From Candidatus Iainarchaeum sp. (lineage in GTDB: Archaea; Iainarchaeota; Iainarchaeia; Iainarchaeales; CSSED10-239), in NCBI GenBank assembly GCA_003559395.1, contig PWLL01000018.1:1-17022 (forward strand): DNA of 17,022 nucleotides, in the 5' to 3' direction. Both the position numbers and the translations under genes were made by a program. The first letter of the stretch is position 1; every line of letters starts with the position of its first letter. Positions 1 through 5,512 of this stretch are shown piece by piece. Under the pieces are notes generated by a model that did no database searches, had not been told where the DNA came from, and worked only from the letters and a program-made list of their open reading frames with translations.

Positions 1-360
1 ATGACGATTATGAGTTTGTATGTGTTGAAGACTATGATCAATCTTTAGAATATGGAGATGATTGTTGTTCAGATTGTTTTGTTTATCTAGGAGATGATTA
101 TTATGAATGTCGTCCATTAGAAGATTGTGAAGTTGCAGATTGTACACCAAATCAAGAAAGTTGTTTTGGTGATGATGAAGAGTGTTGTTCTGGTTGTTGT
201 GTTTATGTAGATGAATGGTATTCTTATTGTGCACCAATGGAATATTGTGACGATGATTGTATACCATCATATACAGATGAAAATTGTAACTCTGATGAAG
301 AGTGTTGTTCTGGTAATTGTCAATATGCAGGAGAGGATATTTCTTATTGTGCAGAAGTTT
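1..360 (+). repeat. Three tandem copies of a 120-nt (40-codon) intragenic coding repeat
   Basis: nt 61-120, 181-240 and 301-360 align column for column. Example: agtgttgttctgg at 181 and at 301; attgttgttcaga at 61. ttcttattgtgca occurs at 221 and at 341. nt 121-180 aligns with 241-300 (aaGATTGTGA vs aaTATTGTGA; both end GATGATGAAG / TCTGATGAAG). The period is exactly 120 nt. Confidence 0.8.
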
Positions 361-368
361 ATGACTAA
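3..368 (+). CDS. Cysteine-rich, highly acidic repeat protein, C-terminal 121 aa (5' end lies outside the window)
   Basis: Frame 3 is open from the window edge to TAA at 366-368. It is missing from the supplied ORF track because it has no start codon in the window. Translation: DDYEFVCVEDYDQSLEYGDDCCSDCFVYLGDDYYECRPLEDCEVADCTPNQESCFGDDEECCSGCCVYVDEWYSYCAPMEYCDDDCIPSYTDENCNSDEECCSGNCQYAGEDISYCAEVYD. It has 20 Cys, 37 D/E and one basic residue. The Cys columns repeat with an exact 40-aa period, which argues for real coding over the overlapping frame-1 ORF 211..393. Confidence 0.75.
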   Translation, partial: DDYEFVCVEDYDQSLEYGDDCCSDCFVYLGDDYYECRPLEDCEVADCTPNQESCFGDDEECCSGCCVYVDEWYSYCAPMEYCDDDCIPSYTDENCNSDEECCSGNCQYAGEDISYCAEVYD

Positions 369-467
369 TATGTTAAATCTTTTTTTATTTTGATTGATTA
401 AATAAAAGATTATTAAAAAAAACACTAGATTATGTTCATTTTTTAATATTAATTAAAATTTCACAAA

Positions 468-1823
468 ATGTGTAAATTATTGGTGAAAAAAATGCCTGTA
501 AACAAAATTTGTAACGAAGATTTTTTATTAAAAGATTTAAATTATAGGCTAGAAAAAAGATGTATTATTAAAAAAGAATTTTTTAATGAGTTTATTAAAC
601 TTATTAATAAAATATCAAATAAAGACGATACAAAAGATTATAACCACACAATTTATTTTGATAATGACACTCATGATGTTCCTTTTAATTTTTCTATTAA
701 AGCTAGAAAATATTCGGATAACCCAGATGTTGGAAAAATTAAATATTCAGACAAGTGGATTTATGAAGTGAAAAACACTATTTTTAAAAATGGATTAATT
801 ACCGGTAATAAAAAAAAAGAACATATAACAATAAAAGAAATTATTAAAAAAATAAATTCAGAAAAGATACATGATGTGTTTAATTTTGAAAAAAAATTGT
901 ATCCACGTCTTTTAAATACTTATAAAAGAAATCACTATATATTAAAAAACAACAAAACTATAAGAATCACTATTGATACAAACATAAAATATTATGCTTT
1001 TGAAAAAAACTTAAATTATTTTAAAATAGGTCAAGAAGATTTTATTCGTATAGAATTAAAAACACCTGCAAAATTTAGAAAATCAATATCAATAAATCAC
1101 ATCTTAAAAATTTTTAAAAAATATGATGCTGCAAATATTATTTCTAAAAAAGATGCAGGATATAATTATTATAGCAAATATTTAAGTCAGAAATTTGGTA
1201 ATCATCCAAGATCAAATATGGAACTTGAATCCAAATTTAATTTAAAAAAACAAAATCAAACAGTATTTCAAAAAATAAGAGAAGATTTTTTAAAAAATGA
1301 GGTAAAAGGTTTTAAAATATATTCAAAATATCCTTTTGTTATAGAAAAAACTGAATTCCATTTTTATGTAAATAAAAAAAATACTAATAAAAATTATCGA
1401 ATAAATTTAAAACAATTTGAAAAAAGTCTAGTTGTAAAAAGCAATTTAGAAATTATAAAAGATAAATTTGGATTAAATAATATTTTAAAAAGAAAAGAAG
1501 TTTATATAAAATTAGATCCTAATATATTAAAGTTACCTTCTAAAGATATAAATAGAAAAAGAAAATATTTTATTGTAGAAAATGAATTAGGATATACTTA
1601 TTGTATATTAATTGATAGGTCGTTATCGTATAGTATGATAAAAAAATGTAGAGAATTATATCAATTAGAAATAGAAGTGCTTTTACAAGACCCATCAAAA
1701 GAAGAACTTAATAAAAAAATAGAAGATGTTGCTTTTATTTCTAATTTCATTTTTAAAAAATATTCGTTTTTAAAACCAACTACATTAACAAAACAAGAAT
1801 GGATTTATCAAACAGATAATTGA
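468..1823 (+). CDS. Two-domain triphosphate tunnel metalloenzyme (TTM)-like protein: N-terminal VTC-like domain plus C-terminal CYTH-like domain
   Basis: 451-aa ORF ending in TGA. The N-terminal half carries VTC-domain-like strand motifs: YRLEKR, HTIYFDNDTHDVPFNFSIKARKY, WIYEVKN, LYPRLLNTYKRNHYILKNNKTIRITIDTNIKYY, FIRIELKTP. The C-terminal half begins with the CYTH ExExK motif (MELESKFNL) and continues with YRINLKQ, LKRKEVYIKLD, NRKRKYFIVE, YCILIDRS, LYQLEIEV. An alternative start at ATG 492 has GGTGA 6 nt upstream and may be the true start. Confidence 0.6.
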   Translation: MCKLLVKKMPVNKICNEDFLLKDLNYRLEKRCIIKKEFFNEFIKLINKISNKDDTKDYNHTIYFDNDTHDVPFNFSIKARKYSDNPDVGKIKYSDKWIYEVKNTIFKNGLITGNKKKEHITIKEIIKKINSEKIHDVFNFEKKLYPRLLNTYKRNHYILKNNKTIRITIDTNIKYYAFEKNLNYFKIGQEDFIRIELKTPAKFRKSISINHILKIFKKYDAANIISKKDAGYNYYSKYLSQKFGNHPRSNMELESKFNLKKQNQTVFQKIREDFLKNEVKGFKIYSKYPFVIEKTEFHFYVNKKNTNKNYRINLKQFEKSLVVKSNLEIIKDKFGLNNILKRKEVYIKLDPNILKLPSKDINRKRKYFIVENELGYTYCILIDRSLSYSMIKKCRELYQLEIEVLLQDPSKEELNKKIEDVAFISNFIFKKYSFLKPTTLTKQEWIYQTDN

Positions 1824-2214
1824 TTTTTTAAATAAAATTTAAAATTGCTATGGTCCATTGTTTTTATTCAAAATGACGTTGTTTTTTTTCAACAGATTTT
1901 TTTATAATTGTTAAACTTTTATATGTTGTTTTTTTATAATTTTAGGTGTTATTCGTATAAGTTTTTTTTTGTAATTTATATTTGTTTAAATTACGAATTA
2001 ATTTTTGTTATAAAAATATTTTAGCACATATCATATAGATAGGCACATAATAGTTAAAAAATACACAACGAAATAGAAATACATATAACTTTAGGCTTTA
2101 AGCACTAGTAAGTAATAAAAAATAGTAAATTAAAAGAAGCAATAAAATGTATTAGAAAATAAAATATAAATGTCTTATTATAAATATAAATTATTTTCTA
2201 TTGTATTTAACATT

Positions 2215-2403
2215 TTATGTTTTCTTAATCTTATATACTAAAAAATAAACAATTGCAGTAACTATGTTAAAAACGATTGCAAAGACAATCCATAATATTT
2301 TTGTGCTTGATGAAAGTTGTTTATTGTTTGTTATAACATCATAAACTACCCAAATTGCTGCAAGTAATGAAATGATTCCAATTAAAGATATTCCAAAATT
2401 CAT
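2215..2403 (-). CDS. Small 2-TM membrane protein, PLD-nuclease N-terminal (PLDc_N)-like
   Basis: 62 aa with two hydrophobic helices. The pattern IWVVYDVI...K..WIVFAIVFNIVTAIVYFLVY resembles the PLDc_N small-membrane-protein family. A G-rich SD-like run (GGGGGGAGAAT) lies directly upstream of the ATG. Confidence 0.55.
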   Translation of the reverse strand: MNFGISLIGIISLLAAIWVVYDVITNNKQLSSSTKILWIVFAIVFNIVTAIVYFLVYKIKKT

Positions 2404-2456
2404 ATTCTCCCCCCCAATTAAATAAAATTATTTGATCTTTTTTAAAGTGTTTTGAA

Positions 2457-2735
2457 TTATTTTTTTAATTTGTTTACTAACACTACTAGTTGTATAATCA
2501 CAAGTATAGCAATAGCAATCCACCAAAATAGATTTACTAAATTAATATTTTTACAAGTATCTAATACATTTACTAAAGGTAATCCACAGTTAGTTAATTT
2601 CTGAGTAAATGAAACAGATGTACTTCCTAAGATATCATAATCCATATTAAATATTTTTATATATCTTAATGCAAAAACAATAGCTGCAAGAAAGACCCAA
2701 ACAAAGCTAACAATATTTATTTTTTTTTTATTCAT
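2457..2735 (-). CDS. Hypothetical 2-TM membrane protein with a Cys-containing loop
   Basis: 92 aa. It has an N-terminal KKK followed by a TM helix, a polar loop with two Cys (TNCGLP...DTCKN), and a C-terminal TM helix. AAGGAG SD lies 9 nt upstream of the ATG. I recognise no family. Confidence 0.5.
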   Translation of the reverse strand: MNKKKINIVSFVWVFLAAIVFALRYIKIFNMDYDILGSTSVSFTQKLTNCGLPLVNVLDTCKNINLVNLFWWIAIAILVIIQLVVLVNKLKK

Positions 2736-2768
2736 GCTTTATATCTCCTTTATATGTTTTTTAAAAAT

Positions 2769-3056
2769 TTAGACAACTCCAAAAAATTTTAAAATTAAAA
2801 TTACTCCTAACCCAGCAAGTCCAAAAATACCAGATACAAATATGGTTAACCAAAAAGGTAGTTTGATTCCAATAAGTGCACAAATAATAAATCCTATAAT
2901 CCCAAGAATACTATTTATTAAGAAATTTTTAAAAAACACTAAAAATACAATTGTTAAAATTATTAAAATAATTCCAATTATCAAACTAACTGGATTATTT
3001 AATAAACTATTTATTCCTGTTTCTACTCCATTACTAACGATAGTTAAATCAATCAT
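2769..3056 (-). CDS. Small polytopic membrane protein, BofA-like (pro-sigmaK processing inhibitor family fold)
   Basis: 95 aa. The C-terminal segment NSILGIIGFIICALIGIKLPFWLTIFVSGIFGLAGLGVILILKFF resembles the conserved BofA C-terminus (..SGILGIPG...). TAGGAG SD lies upstream. Confidence 0.5.
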   Translation of the reverse strand: MIDLTIVSNGVETGINSLLNNPVSLIIGIILIILTIVFLVFFKNFLINSILGIIGFIICALIGIKLPFWLTIFVSGIFGLAGLGVILILKFFGVV

Positions 3057-3288
3057 GATCTTCTCTCCTATATTTATCTAAAATAGTAAGAATAAGTGTT
3101 TTAAATCTAATAATATTCTAAATAATATAAATAATATATGTTACAAACAGTGTATAAAGAGATTTATTTGAAAAAAAAGAGTTTTTGTTTTTTTATAATA
3201 AATATTTAGTAAAGTTTTACAATTATTTTTAAGATAATAAAATTAAACAATTATTTTTAAACTTAACCATACTTAATAAATATATAGT

Positions 3289-4233
3289 TTGGAGGTATTT
3301 ATATGTACAAAGAAGTTAATAAGAATTATTTATTTAAAGAAAATAACGGATATTCCAAACCCTGTTAACTCTATTTTTAATTTAATTGGTAATACCCCAA
3401 TTTTAAATATATCTAAATTTAATAATGTTAATCTTTTTGCAAAGCTTGAAGGCTATAATATAGGTGGTTCTATAAAAGATAGAATTGCATACAACATTAT
3501 AGAATCTGCAGAAAAAAATGGATTATTAACTAAAGATAAAATAATTTTAGAAGCAAGTTCAGGAAATACTGCAATTGGTTTGTCAATGGTGGCTGCTGTT
3601 AAAGGTTATCAGATAGAAATTGTTTTAAACGAAGATGTTAGTTTTGAAAGAAAAAGAATTTTACAACTTTTAGGTGCTAAATTAATATTTAGTCCAAAAG
3701 AAGAAGGTACAGATGGTGATATAAGATTATTACAAAAGATTTATTCTAATAATCCTAATAAATATTTTTTAACAAACCAATATTCAAATCCAATAAACCT
3801 ATTAACACATTATCATCAAACATCAAAAGAAATAATAAATCAATTACCAGATATCACACATCTTTTTGTAGGTGTTGGTACTTCTGGTACTGCAGTTGGT
3901 TTATCAAAGGCTTTAAAAGAATGCAATCCAAATATAAAAACAATAGCTGTAGAACCAGAAGAAAACCATAAAATATTCGGGTTAAAAAATATGTATGAAT
4001 CAATAATTCCAAAGATATATACAAAAAAGTATTTTGACAAAATAGAAACTGCCTATACAAAAGAAACATATTCTTCAACTAAAGAACTTATTAGAGAAAG
4101 AGGTTTGTTAGTAGGTATTAGTTCTGGTGCAGTTTATTCTGTTGCAAAAAGATATATTGATAGAAAAGAAGAAGGTAATTATCTAATGGTATTTCCAGAT
4201 AGATTTGAGAGATACGCAAGTATCTCTTTTTAG
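3289..4233 (+). CDS. cysK: PLP-dependent cysteine synthase family enzyme (CysK/CysM/O-phosphoserine sulfhydrylase type)
   Basis: Family motifs are IGNTPIL, GGSIKDR (PLP lysine), SSGNTAIGL (Asn loop), VGVGTSGTAVG (phosphate-binding Gly loop) and GISSGAV. The only in-frame start is TTG at 3289, which overlaps the SD sequence, so the start is uncertain (see findings). Assignment to a specific subfamily is not resolved. Confidence 0.88.
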   Translation: MEVFICTKKLIRIIYLKKITDIPNPVNSIFNLIGNTPILNISKFNNVNLFAKLEGYNIGGSIKDRIAYNIIESAEKNGLLTKDKIILEASSGNTAIGLSMVAAVKGYQIEIVLNEDVSFERKRILQLLGAKLIFSPKEEGTDGDIRLLQKIYSNNPNKYFLTNQYSNPINLLTHYHQTSKEIINQLPDITHLFVGVGTSGTAVGLSKALKECNPNIKTIAVEPEENHKIFGLKNMYESIIPKIYTKKYFDKIETAYTKETYSSTKELIRERGLLVGISSGAVYSVAKRYIDRKEEGNYLMVFPDRFERYASISF

Positions 4234-4273
4234 TTTTTTTTAAAAAAATTAAGAAGGTTTCCTAGATTAAACA

Positions 4274-4477
4274 TTACAAGTTCTCCTCAAAATCTAATAA
4301 TGCTTCATCACTAAGTTTATCTAAAGAATCAAATTCATTTTTTAGTTTTGATTCTTTTTCTAGAACTAATAAATAATAATCTATTGCTTTTATTATTATT
4401 TTTTTTCTATTAAGACCAGATACAGAACTTATTTGATTTTGTTTTGTATCTACTTCTTTTGTTATTTCTATTTCCAT
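4274..4477 (-). CDS. Ribbon-helix-helix (CopG/antitoxin-like) DNA-binding protein
   Basis: 67 aa. EIEITKEVDTKQNQISSVSGLNRKKIIIKAIDYYL fits the RHH pattern of beta-strand, helix, g-x-s/n-R turn, helix. It has an acidic C-terminal tail (SDEALLDFEENL). It is transcribed divergently from the 4637 gene. Confidence 0.45.
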   Translation of the reverse strand: MEIEITKEVDTKQNQISSVSGLNRKKIIIKAIDYYLLVLEKESKLKNEFDSLDKLSDEALLDFEENL

Positions 4478-4580
4478 TTTATTTCACCTAATATATTATA
4501 GAGATAAATTAATTTTAAATCTTTGTTCTTATTAAATTGCATAAGTGTTTTTCCGATAGGTTTTTATATAAGTTTACACC

Positions 4581-4600
4581 TATATTTATATATAAATATA
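4581..4600. promoter_or_regulatory. Perfect 20-nt palindrome in the divergent RHH / winged-helix promoter region (candidate operator or TATA-rich promoter core)
   Basis: TATATTTATA|TATAAATATA is its own reverse complement. It lies 37 nt upstream of ATG 4637 and 104 nt upstream of the minus-strand ATG at 4477. TTTATATA-type TATA-box-like strings flank it (4563-4570). An A/T-only palindrome has a substantial chance expectation in this AT-rich DNA. Confidence 0.25.
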
Positions 4601-4636
4601 TAATGTGTTATATAACTTTATATAATTGGTGAAAAT

Positions 4637-4906
4637 ATGCAAAAAACAGAAACAAAAATAATTCATTATCCTAATCTAAAAACAGTGTTATCTGTAGAAA
4701 ATCTTTTAAAAGACTCAAATCAAATTATGACAAGAGAAGATATTAAAAAAAGATTATCTAATAAAATAATGCATCAAACCTTAAATGTTATTTTAGAATA
4801 TTTAAAAGATAGTGGAAAGATAATAGATGGTAGAAAAGGAATCTTGTGGGTTTACAATCCAAGTTCTAAACTTGATAAAGCAGTAAAGGATGGAATAGAG
4901 TTATAA
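4637..4906 (+). CDS. Small winged-helix-like DNA-binding protein, candidate antitoxin/regulator of the downstream RelE-like ORF
   Basis: 89 aa. MTREDIKKRLSNKIMHQTLNVILEYLKDSGKIIDGRKGILWV looks like helix-turn-helix plus a beta wing. GGTGA SD lies 6 nt upstream of the ATG. Its TAA stop overlaps the ATG of the next ORF (TAATG). Confidence 0.5.
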   Translation: MQKTETKIIHYPNLKTVLSVENLLKDSNQIMTREDIKKRLSNKIMHQTLNVILEYLKDSGKIIDGRKGILWVYNPSSKLDKAVKDGIEL

Positions 4907-5283
4907 TGAATAATTAAAGACCTATAAGAGTAATTATAACTGGAGATGCAAGAGAAGAATTTGATGATCTAAATAAAATTGTTGGGCAAGAAATAAAAAA
5001 AGGAATAACAAACAGTGATCATCAAATATTATTAAATTCAATAAAACAAAAAATTGATTTATTAAAAGCTAATCCACAATATGGCATAAATATTTCTAAA
5101 AACAAAATTCCAAAAAAATATATCTTTGATTATGATGTAAATAATCTTTGGAAAATAAACTTGTCAAATGCTTGGCGAATGATTTATACTATAAAAGGAG
5201 ACAAAGTAGAAATAGTTTGTATTATTTTAGATTTATTGAACCATAAAAAGTATTCTAAAAAATTTGGCTATAAAAAAGATTAA
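4906..5283 (+). pseudogene. RelE/ParE-superfamily toxin-like ORF interrupted by an in-frame TAA at codon 4
   Basis: Not in the ORF track. ATG 4906-4908, AAT, AAT, then TAA at 4915-4917. The same frame then stays open for 121 codons to TAA 5281-5283: RPIRVIITGDAREEFDDLNKIVGQEIKKGITNSDHQILLNSIKQKIDLLKANPQYGINISKNKIPKKYIFDYDVNNLWKINLSNAWRMIYTIKGDKVEIVCIILDLLNHKKYSKKFGYKKD. The stretch NP..G....LWK..L..AWRMIYTI....V.I..I..H.KY matches the RelE/ParE toxin core pattern. Confidence 0.6.
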
Positions 5284-5317
5284 TTTTTTAATTAAGGGCT
5301 TTTAACTTTTTATAATA

Positions 5318-5390
5318 AGCCTCTAGTGGGATTTGAACCCACGACCTACAGTTTACAAGACTGTTGCTCTAGCCACTGAGCTATAGAGGC
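5318..5390 (-). tRNA. tRNA-Thr: tRNA-Thr (anticodon UGU), 73 nt, no encoded CCA, no intron
   Basis: The reverse complement is GCCTCTA TA GCTC AGTGGCTA GAGC A ACAGT CTTGTAA ACTGT AGGTC GTGGG TTCAAAT CCCAC TAGAGGC T. It folds as a full cloverleaf: 7-bp acceptor stem, 4-bp D stem, 5-bp anticodon stem, 5-bp T stem and a GTTCAAAT T-loop. The anticodon is TGT. Confidence 0.93.
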
Positions 5391-5512
5391 AAAATAAACA
5401 AATATTTTAGAAAAAAAGCATTTCTAATAATATATATAGATTCAGAAAACTTTAAAAAGAGATACATCTTTTTTATATTTGTAGACTTTTGTTTATATAC
5501 AAAGATGATTTA

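Noticed and set aside
211-393. Frame-1 ORF from the track (60 aa, MNGILIVHQWNIV...)
   Set aside because: It overlaps the frame-3 reading frame, whose 40-aa periodic Cys pattern and acidic composition are far more protein-like. The frame-1 product is low-complexity hydrophobic and runs through the frame-3 stop into the T-rich spacer.
2842-3081. 79-aa plus-strand ORF opposite the BofA-like gene, along with other internal alternative-frame ORFs (586..771, 3840..4040, 3854..4078, 11535..11795, 11874..12086, 13305..13517, 13692..13874)
   Set aside because: Each lies entirely within or antisense to a longer ORF with better family evidence or membrane-protein character. None has an SD or any recognisable motif.
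4915-4917. Possibility that the in-frame TAA in the RelE-like ORF reflects an alternative genetic code or sense-codon reassignment
   Set aside because: TAA is used as the terminator of many well-defined genes in this same window, including the ABC permeases, the Xre regulator and the wHTH gene. TGA and TAG also terminate genes at positions consistent with full-length homologs. The standard code therefore fits, and a local nonsense mutation or sequencing error is the simpler explanation.
4240-5317. Integrated mobile element bounded by a duplicated tRNA-Thr 3' segment (att sites)
   Set aside because: Scanning by eye, I found no second copy of the tRNA 3' half (for example GGGATTTGAACCCAC or its complement) anywhere in the window, and no integrase or recombinase gene. 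I kept only a weaker remnant hypothesis in the findings.
5391-5488. Archaeal TATA/BRE promoter for tRNA-Thr and for the 5489 gene in the shared upstream spacer
   Set aside because: The spacer is almost entirely A/T, so many TATA-like strings occur by chance. I could not single out one at a convincing distance from the tRNA 5' end without transcript-start data.
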